A stretch of DNA of 64,000 bases from Macrostomum hystrix (lineage: Eukaryota; Animalia; Platyhelminthes), in the NCBI GenBank assembly GCA_950097015.1, contig CATNEN010000041.1, positions 682,001 to 746,000 on the forward strand. The letters run 5' to 3'. How positions within the stretch are numbered: position 1 is the stretch's first letter; each line of letters starts with the position of its first letter. The notes under the pieces were generated by a model that was not told the origin of the DNA, did no database searches, and saw only the letters and a list, made by a program, of their open reading frames with translations. This document shows, one piece after another, positions 36,801 through 48,800 of this stretch. The translations under genes were made by a program, and so were the position numbers.

Positions 36801-39800
36801 TTGCCTGTCAGGCCGGCCGCGGTTACTGAACCCAGAGACAGCAATGCGAATGAGCACACTGGCGATGTGTGCTCAGCCAGCTGCATTTGCCTCGCTTTCA
36901 TTTCATTCATTCATTATTCAGTTGACTTTAATAAAAACAGGTTACCATAGCAACAGTAGCATTGATTTGGCTGTCTTTCCGATGATTTTTTAATTGAACT
37001 TTTAAATCAGGGGATTTCAGTGAGTTAAAAAAATTCGTTTGGCGCTTGTGACTGGGAGAATTTGTTCCAATGACTGCTGAAATATGACATCAGCCTTCAA
37101 AATTACATTGGCACAGTTGAGTTGTATGCTTCGGATAAAATAGAGCTAGAACAGAAATGACACGCTAGTCCAGTTGGGTCATATGAACAGCCAGTGGCGC
37201 AGCTGAGAACAGAAATGACACGCTAGTCCAGTTGGGTCAGATGAACAGCCAGTGGCGCAGCTGAGAACAGAAATGACACGCTAGCCCAGTTGGGTCAGCA
37301 GCCAGTGGCGCAGCCGCAGCTACTGCGTGGCGCTTCCAAAAGCTGTGTACATCTGTTCAGTCCGTGGACTAGGGGGGTCGCATTCTCGATTCCCAGGGTT
37401 GCCAATGGGTTCGCCACCGCGTTTATAAATTCACAAGTTTATCTATTTTGAGGGCTGATTTCTAGAAAAGCTGAATCCTGCATCCTTGTAGGCCGCCTGA
37501 CCACAAGCAACGTCAGCATCGACCGGGAGTCGGCGGACCAGTTCCAGCTGCTGGTGTCTCTGACTGACCTCGGCCGGCCAGCGCTCACCAGCCCGCTGCT
37601 TGTCGAGGTCCAAGTGCTCGACATCAACGACTCGCCACCCAGCTTCTTGGCTCAGCATTTTCGCTTTGTCTACTTCGATGGAGCTCCGGGAGACTGGGAG
37701 GCTTTGCCGGACGGATGTGAGTCCGACCTGTCGAGTTCAATCAGACTGTACTCTCAGCGACATGAGTGTCTAACGGCTGCTGCTAATTGATTTTGTTTCA
37801 TTGACGATAGCCAGAAGTGCAAGATGGCACTTAAGCTTAATTGAACTTGAAATACTTTCAAGTTCCAAATCTCTACCGCTGGACTGGAAGGGTAAGGTCG
37901 ATTTAAGTAGCAAAATCGGATTGGATTACGGATAATAAAATTCCACTACGTCTCGGTTGCATAGGCGGAGAAGTTAATTCGTACCGGTATGAAGATCCAA
38001 TGCTGTAGAGCTTGTCCTCAATTTGCTGCGGGGTGTAACATCTCATTTTGAGTTCTCAATCAACACTTTATCCAAGTTTTCTAGTTGCTTTCAATTGTGA
38101 ACTTTAGTCCGTTTTGAAAATGTTCTATCGATACTGAACATATTGTCGTTGTTTTCTTGCTTAAATTCTTAACAATTAAAAAGCGCCTATTTGTAGAGTT
38201 TCTTTAGACAGCAATTTTAGTGTCCCTCCATTCTAACTAAGTGGTGGAAATCAAATGTACATCTGGCAGTTTTTTATCGTCCCCTCTAATGTACATACCG
38301 TATTTATTTCACACCCCGCGCCGCCCGGCGTAGGCCGCAGACCGCCCCAACCGATCGATAAAGGGGGTAGAGTTTTGAGCGTTTTTCATTCTACTCGTAC
38401 TTTAACTTTCCAAGGTTTTCAAAGTGTCTAGTTGGCTTTCTCGGACCTCGCTTTTGTAGTTTTCTGAAAAGGAATTTCAGAAGTTACAAAGACCCCCAAG
38501 GGCCAAGGCAATGCCTTTTAATTTTTCTCAACCGACTTTTAATTTTTAATCAGATTTCGCAGCAGCGGCCAGATCTCAATCGCGGTCCATCGAGCAAGCC
38601 ATCCCACTCGGCCGCCTGGCGGCCATTGATCTAGACTCAGATCCTGAGAACTCTGTGATAGTCTACACGCTGATTGACAGCTCGGAGTCGGCACTCAGGG
38701 TCGATCGGCGCACGGGGCATCTGTGGCTGCAGCCGCTAGATGCAACGAGTCGAGCATCGACCATCTCGGCGGTGGCAGTGGTGGCAGATCCTGGACGTCC
38801 TGCCTACTCTGCCAGAGCTAATGTTCAGGTAAATATAGTAAAAAATGCTGCGATCAGCCGTCAGCCAGCTCAGACAGAGGACAGTCAGCTTGACTTGGGA
38901 ATCGAGGACGGCGCCGTGTTTCCACTAGCGGAGGACGCCAGGCCCGGATCCGCGGTGCCCGGCGTCATTGTGGTGCCCACAGCGGGATGGTCAGCCGTCG
39001 ATGTAGCGTTCCGACTCACCGGTAGGAAGGGGCAGGTCTGATGGGATTTGGGAATTAGAAAGGGCAGCCTGAAGCAAATTAGGAGTTGGCAAGCCATCGC
39101 CGCATATGGGGATGAGGATCGGGGAATGGGATGGAATCGAGACTTCACGATATTGCAAGGCTAAGTGTCGTGTTTTTTGCCTCGTTGAATCCATCGGAAA
39201 CGCTCCTCGCATCGCAGGCCCAGGCAGCGAGGATTTCAACCTGCCCCAGCTGGGAGGCCGGCTGAGCGTGGCTAGGCGGCTGAACTGCAGCCGGCGGAGC
39301 CGCTACCGGCTGCGGGTGGTCGGCTTTGACGGACTGCAGCTGGCCGGCAGATGGGTGAGGACCTAGCAAGCATTGGCTTACATTGCTTGGCTACACCTGC
39401 AGCCAGGTGGAATATGCGATTCCTGCTATCCCCTATGAGGCTTGGCATCTTTGCCTGGAATTGCTTGGCGAAATCTCAATGTGGTGGCATGCTATTCTTG
39501 TGCAATTTATCGATCGATTTTTTAGTCCCACGCACCCATGAAGTCCCACGAAGCTTCTCAACAGGATTGAGGATTCTTTTGTCTTTGGCTTGAACCCATT
39601 GCACATGCTGAATCACCCGCAGATGGAGATCCAGCTGCTGCAGCACCTGAGCAGGAGCCCGCAGTTCTCCCTGCCCCGCTACTCGGTGGACGTCTCGGAG
39701 GCCGCGCCACCGGGCGCCATCGTGCTAACCGTCTCGGCCGTCGACCCGGAGCCAGCGCCTCCGTCGTCAACTCAGTCGATCTTCCAGCCGCCGCCGCTGC

Positions 39801-42800
39801 AGTTCACCATCCACTCCGCCGAGCAGGAGTCCAGCCTCCGACTGTTCTCCATCAACCCACTGACCGGCGAGGTGTCGCTGTCTGCCTCGGCTGTCGAAGG
39901 TCTGGACTTCGAGGCTGCGCGTCAGCACCGCCTGCTCCTGCGCGCGGCCGCCACGACTGGCAGCAGCTTCTGGGGCCGCCATGGGATCGAGGGCGCTCCC
40001 CGACGGCGCAGCGGCTTCGCCTGGCTCACCGTCCGGGTGCTCGACGCCAACGAGGCGGCGCCGGTGGCTCTGGTTCAGCCGGCGGCTGCTCTGATATTGA
40101 CGGCGCCTGCGGCAGCAGGCTTTCCGGTGGCGCGAGTTCGAGCATTCGACGCTGACGCCGAAGGCGAGCAAGAACCTGGACTGCTGTTCGCCATTGAATC
40201 AGGTCTGCGGCCTGCGACTAGATGTGGGATGTGGATCTTCTGCGTTTCCTTAAGTTGCTCTTACATTCCCGGCGTGGTATTTCTAGCTTTTATAAAGTGG
40301 GATTTGTGGGATATTTGGTTTCCTAAATAGGGAAAATACTAGGAAGCTTGTAGCCTGAGGGTTGCAGCTCCGGATGTCGGGCTGAGAGGTCAGGAGTTCG
40401 CATCTCAGCCCAGGAGAGCAATTTGTGTCCTTGAGTATGACGTTCAATATCCTTGTGCGTCAGTTCATTCAGTAGTATGATGGGCATCAGCATGAGCGGG
40501 CCCTTCCACGGTCCACGGACTGAACCGCTGTACACAGCTTTTGGAAGCTCCGTGCAATGGTTGCAGCTGCGCCTTTGTTGTACGAAGGCACGTAGCCTTC
40601 GGCTAGAGTAATTTGCACCACCTGAGAATCAATTCGCAGACTAGCGCAATTTCAAGTCAGTCTTTGACCAGTTTTCCCATGGAATCACCTCCCAGATGTC
40701 TTCATGTCCCTTCTAACTGTTTTGCCTGCCAGCAGATCCTCAGCAAACGTGAATTTAACTCCCCGTGACAGACGACATGACGCACCCGCGAGGTTTCCCT
40801 GCGGCAGCTGTGTTGCCGATGTCTGGCCAGCCGCAGCCTTGCCAAAGTGCAGGCCGCCCTGATTGGCTGGAGGCGGCAGCCGGCAGACGCGCGATAGCAC
40901 GGAAATCCGGGCGCTACCGCTGCAGATTAGCGGCTAATGATAACACACGGCCGGATAGCCGCAATTAGCTGGGCAGCCGGCTGGAGCACTGCTGGCTGCC
41001 ATGCAAATTCCTGCTGCCTGGGAGTCTCTCAAACTGCTTAGTTGGAATTTGACTTTCCTGGGAAATTTTTACACATTCCCGCTCGCCGCCTGAGGATTAT
41101 CAACTTTTAGGATTTCTTTTGCTCCTTTTAGGGGGTTTGGTCCCTCTGGTTCCATAAATAGCTTTCCCCAGCCTCGCACCTTGGTGATAAGGCAGTCGAT
41201 TTCAGTCTGCCTTACAAAAGTGCACAACAAGAAGCAGATATTAATGGACAAGTTTGGTAAAGAGCAAAAGATAACAGGCAAATGGAATCGCGGCCTGCTG
41301 TGACACTGGAAAATAGTTAAGAAAAGGAATACGCAATCCATGTTTTTCAGAATCTATACATAATCTATAAGCATACTTCAGCAGCTGAACCTGAATTTCG
41401 AAGAAATATCTAGTTCCGACAAGTAAACCTTCCAAAACCGAAACAGAATCTAAATTTCTGAAACAAATCCCGAGTTTCGGAAACTGAATCCGAATTTGCA
41501 GAATCCGAATTTCGGAAAATAATCTGAATTTCAGAAACTAAATCCGAATTTTGGAAAAGAATCCGAATTACGAAAACGGAATCCGGAATTCGGAAACAGA
41601 ATCTGAATTTCAGAAACTGAATCCTAATTTCGGAAACAGAATTACAGTTTCAGAAACAGAATCCGAATTTTAGAAACGGAATCCGAATTAAAAAAAAACA
41701 ATCCGAATTTCAGAAACTGAATCAGAATTTCGGAAACAGAATCCGAATTACGAAAACGGAATCCGGAATTCGGAAACAGAATCTGAATTTCAGAAACTGA
41801 ATCCTAATTTCGGGAAACAGAATTACAGTTTCAGAAACAGAATCCGAATTTTAGAAACGGAATCCGAATTAAAAAAAAACAATCCGAATTTCAGAAACTG
41901 AATCAGAATTTCGGAAACAGAATCCGAATTTTGAAAACAGATTTACAATTTTTGGTACAGAATCGGCCTTTTTCATGAGCGTAGAATGAGAATCGATCCC
42001 ACTGCCACTCTGTTTTGCCAACGTGTTCCTCTGCTTTGGCTATAGCAGAACAGAGGAACAGAACAGAACAGAACCTATAACAGAACCAACTTAACTATAG
42101 CAGCGAGTTCTGTTTTCACTGCAAGCAGGGCCGTTGAAGATTTCACCGCAGTCGGCAATGCGAAAATAAACTCTTTTGTTAAAGAATCCCACGCACTGCA
42201 AAATAAGTACAAGAATTATGAATCAGAGAATTATGGGATGAGGGCGGGTTACAGAGGGGAGAATTACGGAGGGGAGAATTACAGAGGGGAGAATTATGGA
42301 GGGAGAATTAGGGAAGGTAGAATTTGGAAGATAATTAAGGGGGAAAAGGTTGTAGGTTCTATGAGAGGAGAATTGAGGATTGGAGAATAATGGAGAGGTG
42401 GAGAGAAGATAGAATGCTGAGTATAAGGATAGACCCGCTTGAGTCAATGCGAAGGTCTCCATGGTGGCCTGATGCTGATCTCCGAGCTCTTGCACCGTTC
42501 GCCACTCGCGGAATGCGTCACGTGACTGAAGCGCCCAGATTTCTCCACTACTGGCGGACGCTGGGGATCGCATCCAATTTGTAGAGTCCCTCGGAGAGCC
42601 CACGGATACCGGGGAGTGCAGCAGAGTTGCCACGGCTGGGTCGGTTCTCCCATCCTTTCTCGCTCTAGTAAAAGGATTATGCTAATCCAGCTGCCGATGC
42701 TCCCTCGGTGAGTGTCCTAGTGGGGTGGGAGCTGGGAGATTTATCCCCGGCATAGCCGTAGGGTATCAGGGCTCGCCCAAGCGGAGGGGTGGGTGCCGGG

Positions 42801-45800
42801 CTCATGGCGCCTGTTGAGCTGCCACTCTTTGATTGCGATGCGGCAAAAAAGAACAAAAAACTGTTCTTTTATTTCTTTGCATAAAAAGCTGAGTCCGATG
42901 CGACCATTTTGCCGGATAATTAGGGCTCAAGCAGGGCCGGATCCTTCGGGGTGGTTTTTTATCTTGCGATGCCTCATGCTCTCCTGAACCACCTGAACCC
43001 ACCTGAACCCACCTGAACCCACCTGAACCCAACTGAACCACCTGAACCCACCTGAACCCACCTGAACCACCTCAACCCACCTGAACCCACCTGAACCCAC
43101 CTGAACCCACCTGAACTCACCTGAACTCACCTGAACTCACAGGCAATGAGCATGGGCTCTACACCATGGACAGCCGCAGCGGCCGCCTTCGCACCGTCCA
43201 ATCACTGGTGGCTTCGTCAGCGCCGCACCGTCTCGTGGTCGCCGTCTCGGACTCGGGACAGCCGCCACGGACTGTCCGCTGCCCGCTGACCATCACGGTG
43301 GCACCTGCAGCCTCTTTAACCACAGCCGCGCCGTCTTGGGCGTCTAAACCACTGTCAGAAACGAATTCGTTGACGGTGACGCCGCGGTCGGCGCTGATCG
43401 GCTTGCCGGAGGGCCAGCCAGATGACGGCCTCGATACTTTTCTGACGTTCATCGATGTGACCGGAGCTCCGCCCGGTCATCCGGTCATTCTCACCACCGC
43501 CTCCCACCTGGCCGCCCCTCTGACACCGTCATCCTCCGTACTCGTCGTCACCGACCTCCTTGACCGCGAGGCTGGCGACATTCACCGACTGCAAGTGACT
43601 GCGCGAGACGCCTGGACTGGAGCCAGCGGCACCGCCCACATCGCCATCCAGATTGCGGACATCAACGATAATCGGCCCGAGTTCGAGTCGCCAGAAAGCC
43701 GCCTGCACGGTCACGTGACCCGCGGCGGCGATCCGGTGGTGCGCGACTCCTCTGGCATTTCGCCTCTGCGAATCCGCGCAACCGACGCTGATATCGGTGC
43801 CAATGCTAACATCGTCTACGAGATTCCCGAGGTCGAGGCGGCGCGCGTCTTTTTCGTCGATTCAGACACCGGAGTGCTGCGCCTACGAGAGCAGAAACTG
43901 ACGGCGCAGTCGCTGCCGCTGTCTCGAACCTTCGACTTCCGGGTGTTCGCCGCCGATCGTGGCAGTCCAACACCTTTGCGCGGCCTCCGCCACCTCAGCG
44001 TTCGCGTAGAATTCAGCAGCGACTTCGACGTCGAAACTTCACGGAGGACACCCGCAACAATGTTTGAAGTCTGGCCATCGTCTGAATTGGAGCTCGAACT
44101 CCCGACCTATCCGGGTATGCGACTGGGTCGAGTTAGCGGCTTGGCAGGCGGGGATGTTAGAATTCTTGACGAGACCGGCTCAGCTGTCGGCTTCGTGAAG
44201 CTGGACACCGCCACCGGCTGGTTGAGCCCGACGGTCGAGTCTGCGCAGCCGCTGCAGCCTGGGCGACGCAGAATGTCGCTGGTCTCTATGACAACTAGCG
44301 GCAAAATCGCCGTCAACATCACTGTGAATGTCATCGCCGCCAGCAAAGTAGAAGGCGGCGCCCTGGCACTGCTGCCAGACGGCGTGGCGGTCACCATCCA
44401 GGAGGAGACATTGTCGCCGAGTCTCGTCCGGTTGCGTGGTCGGCCAAGGCCGCTCGGACGGCCACTTTGTTACAGCTTGGAACCGGGGGTATCGGGACAT
44501 TTCGCCGTCCACCCGAGCTCTGGTCGGCTCTCTGTGACGTCTGGCATCGACGCGGATGATCTCCTCGTTGGCGAAGTCACCGGTCGCCGATTCGTCGTCG
44601 GCGTCCGAGTCGACGGTCTGGGAAGGCGCGTCGGCCGTGGCGTTGTTTTCGTCGATGTGATCGACGTCAACGACAACTCGCCACGCCTGCTCGGCCAGCC
44701 GTACTCGGTCGCGCTGCGGCCGTCCGAGGCGACGCCAGGTCGACACCTCATGGCGCTGCGAGCGGTCGATGCGGACTCGGGACTGTTAGGCGACGTCACC
44801 TTCCAGCTTGATCCTTCGCTGACTGCGCCTTCATCGCCCCAGGAGCTCAGCGACGCCTTCGCGATCAACGCCAGTTCCGGCGGCATCAGCTTGCTTCGCG
44901 CCCTGCCTCCGGGCCTCGTCGTCCAAGTCGGCGTGCGCGCCTCTGACGGTGGCGGCCGCTTTGTCGGCGCCGTTGTGCGCGTCGCCGTCCTTTCGCCTGG
45001 GCAGCCGGCGTTCCGACCGGATTTCCGAGCCGTGGCGGCGCCGGAGTCGCTGCCAGTCGGCGCTCGCGTAGCCCTGCTGGCCGCTGAGCTCGGCGACGCT
45101 GGCGAGGGAGGCGGTGACGGCGGCTACGGCCTGGTCTACGAAATCGAGTCCGGCAATGAAGCCGGCATTTTCTGGCTGGATTTTAACGTTGGTGAGTTCA
45201 GATGCGCTGTGATTAACCAGCTTGCTCAGGTGCAATCCTACCATTCTCTGAGTCTACAGGGAGTCCTATTAAAGTTCTTAGAGGCTACTACGTGTAAATT
45301 AAAACTCATTTGTTTAAGAAAAAAAACTCTTACTGCCTTTCGTCATGTTTTCTGCCAGACATTCTCAACCACCCATTCGCACCGCTTTGCAGGCTTCAAC
45401 ACTGGTGGGCCCTGTGAGTCCTGTGTATTTAACTGTTGAACATTGCTTATACGATCTATTTTTCTATGAATTCTAGTCTATCCTTCTATCTTCCTCCGTT
45501 TCACTCACATCTTCATCCGACTAAATTTGCGACTCAGATTCCCAGTTCTTGGGGAAGAATAGGGCCCTATTCCCTCTCATTTTCTACTTCCACTGCGCCA
45601 GTGATGCAGCTCAATGTGCTCATCATTCAGCCTCTCCAATTTCATCTTCTCCCATCCGCCAGTGGGTCGCAGCTCGAATCTCGCCCGAGCCCAATCCGCG
45701 TGTCAGCAGATTCAATTCGGGCAGCTCTGAAGGCCGCTTCACTGCCCGAATCCCCGTCCCCTGAAGTATGAGAAGAATTCGTAAAATTGATATCGGCCTG

Positions 45801-48800
45801 GGCTCGCCTATTAGGGGCCCCGTCGCCAGCTGTCATTCAGCAAATACAGCGGCCGCATCAATCTTCCCAGCCTCCTCTCTGTGCGGGTCCAGGCCTTCTT
45901 TAAGGCTGCTGCACTTCTGCGCACACAACCTATATGCTCTGGAGAATGCGGCAGCTGCCCCGCACAGCAGCGGTTGCTAGGGAGAGTGGCAGGGTGAGAT
46001 GGAGAGTGGCAGGGTGAGATGGAGATTGACAGGGTGAGAGTGGCAGGGTGAGATGGAGAGTGGCAGGGTGAGATGGAGATTGACAGGGTGAGAGTGGCAG
46101 GGTGAGATGGAGAGTGGCAGTGTGAGATGGAGATTGACAGGGTGAGAGTGGCAGGGTGAGATGGAGATTGACAGGGTGAGAGTGGCAGGGTGAGATGGAG
46201 AGTGGCAGGGTGAGACGGAGAGAGGCAGGGTGAGATGGAGAGTGACATGGTGAGAGTGGCAGGGTGAGATGGAGAGTAGAAGGGTGAGATGGAGAGTGAC
46301 ATGGTGAGAGTGGCAAGGTGAGATGGAGAGTGGCAGAGTGAGACGGAGAGTGGCACGGTGAGAGTGGCAGGGTGAGATGGAGATTGACAGGGTGAGAGTG
46401 GCAGGGTGAGATGGAGATTGACAGGGTGAGAGTGGCAGGGTGAGATGGAGATTGACAGGGTGAGAGTGGCAGGGTGAGATGGAGAGTGGCAGGGTGAGAC
46501 GGAGAGAGGCAGGGTAAGATGGAGAGTGACATGGTGAGAGTGGCAGGGTGAGATGGAGAGTGACATGGTGAGAGTGGCAAGGTGAGATGGAGAGTGGCAG
46601 AGTGAGACGGAGAGTGGCAGGGTGAGAGTGGCAGGGTGAGATGGAGAGTGGCAGGGTGAGATGGAGATTGACAGGGTGAGAGTGGCAGGGTGAGATGGAG
46701 AGTGGCAGGGTGAGATGGAGATTGACAGGGTGAGAGTGGCAGGGTGAGATGGAGAGTGGCAGTGTGAGATGGAGATTGACAGGGTGAGAGTGGCAGGGTG
46801 AGATGGAGATTGACAGGGTGAGAGTGGCAGGGTGAGATGGAGAGTGGCAGGGTGAGACGGAGAGAGGCAGGGTGAGATGGAGAGTGACATGGTGAGAGTG
46901 GCAGGGTGAGATGGAGAGTAGAAGGGTGAGATGGAGAGTGACATGGTGAGAGTGGCAAGGTGAGATGGAGAGTGGCAGAGTGAGACGGAGAGTGGCACGG
47001 TGAGAGTGGCAGGGTGAGATGGAGATTGACAGGGTGAGAGTGGCAGGGTGAGATGGAGATTGACAGGGTGAGAGTGGCAGGGTGAGATGGAGATTGACAG
47101 GGTGAGAGTGGCAGGGTGAGATGGAGAGTGGCAGGGTGAGACGGAGAGAGGCAGGGTAAGATGGAGAGTGACATGGTGAGAGTGGCAGGGTGAGATGGAG
47201 AGTGACATGGTGAGAGTGGCAAGGTGAGATGGAGAGTGGCAGAGTGAGACGGAGAGTGGCAGGGTGAGAGTGGCAGGGTGAGATGGAGATTGACAGGGTG
47301 AGAGTGGCAGGGTGAGATGGTGAGTGACATGGTGAGAGTGGCAAGGTGAGATGGAGAGTGGCAGGGTGAGATGGAGAGTGACATGGTGAGAGTGGCAGGG
47401 TGAGAGTGACACGGTGAGAGTGGCAGGGTGAGATGGAGAGTGACATGGTGAGAGTGGCAGGGTGAGATGGAGAGTAGCAGGGTGAGATGGAGAGTGACAT
47501 GGTGAGAGTGGCAAGGTGAGATGGAGAGTGGCATGGTGAGATGAAGAGTGGCAGGGTGAGATGGAGAGTGACATGGTGAGAGTGGCAGGGTGAGATGGAG
47601 AGTGGCATGGTGAGATGAAGAGTAGCAGGGTGAGATGGAGAGTGACATGGTGAGAGTGGCAAGGTGAGATGGAGAGTGGCATGGTGAGATGAAGAGTGGC
47701 AGGGTGAGAGTGACACGGTGAGAGTGGCAGGGTGAGATGGAGAGTGACATGGTGAGAGTGGCAGGGTGAGATGGAGAGTAGCAGGGTGAGATGGAGAGTG
47801 ACATGGTGAGAGTGGCAAGGTGAGATGGAGATTGGCATGGTGAGATGAAGAGTGGCAGGGTGAGATGAAGAGTGGCAGGGTGAGACGGACTTCTAATATT
47901 CGATTAAATAAAGTGCTGTTTGCCAATAGTGTAGCTCTCCTAGCGCCAGCGAAGTGATAAAGAATATTTCCAGCTCCTCAGTTTTTGTCCCTGGAACGAC
48001 CGGCTCTCCTCGGCTCGGATGTTTCTTAGAAATAGCATCTTGCTTCGCCCTTGTGATCCTCTGGGACGCAGAGACTCTTAAGCCGCGTGATTGACGCGGT
48101 CAGCTCCCGTCAGGGTCTCGGCGACGCACCCCCCGCCCTCCTGTCCTCTCCACGCCGCATCTGCTCCCCGCCTTCTTCTATACTCATTCTTACTCTTAGC
48201 ATTTCTTTCGCAAGCTTTCCAGGAAATCATTTTCAATGCCAGGCCGCTGCCACATGGCTGGGCGGATGTTTTAAATAGGGCACTCAAAAAGGTCTTCAAA
48301 AGCACTTCCCAAATATAAGGCTGCAGCCTCTAATCTTGGGCGCATCGATGGAGGCTCGCACGCCGCCCCTCCCCCCAGCAGTAAGCGTCGCTCTCTGATT
48401 GGTCGGTCGGTAATTCTCCACCAAAGGGAAATCCGGCTTCCGGAAATCCCGCGGCGGCAGCCTGTTCTAAAAATAGAAGCCGATGAATGCGAATTATTTT
48501 AGTATACGCTCGTATTCTTATTGTGCTGGGGCTCAACTGCCAGCGGAAAAACTTTCATCTGTTAGGGAAAATGTTTGAGAGTGAGTGTGTGTGAGTGTGT
48601 GTGAGTGTGTGTGAGTGTGTGTGAGTGTGTGTGAGTGTGTGTGAGTGTGTGTGAGTGAGTGTCTGTGTGAGTGTGTGTGAGTGTGTGTGTGAGTGTGTGT
48701 GTGAGTGTGTGTGAGTGTGTGTGTGAGTGTGTGTGTGTGTGTGTGAGTGTGTGTGAGTGTGTGTGAGTGTGAGTGTGTGTGAGTGTGTGTGTGTGTGAGT

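Noticed and set aside
40680-41000. GC-rich block in cadherin intron 8 as a possible extra exon
   Set aside because: No cadherin motifs in any frame, and exons 8 and 9 already join in phase as IES|GNEHGLYTMDSRSG.
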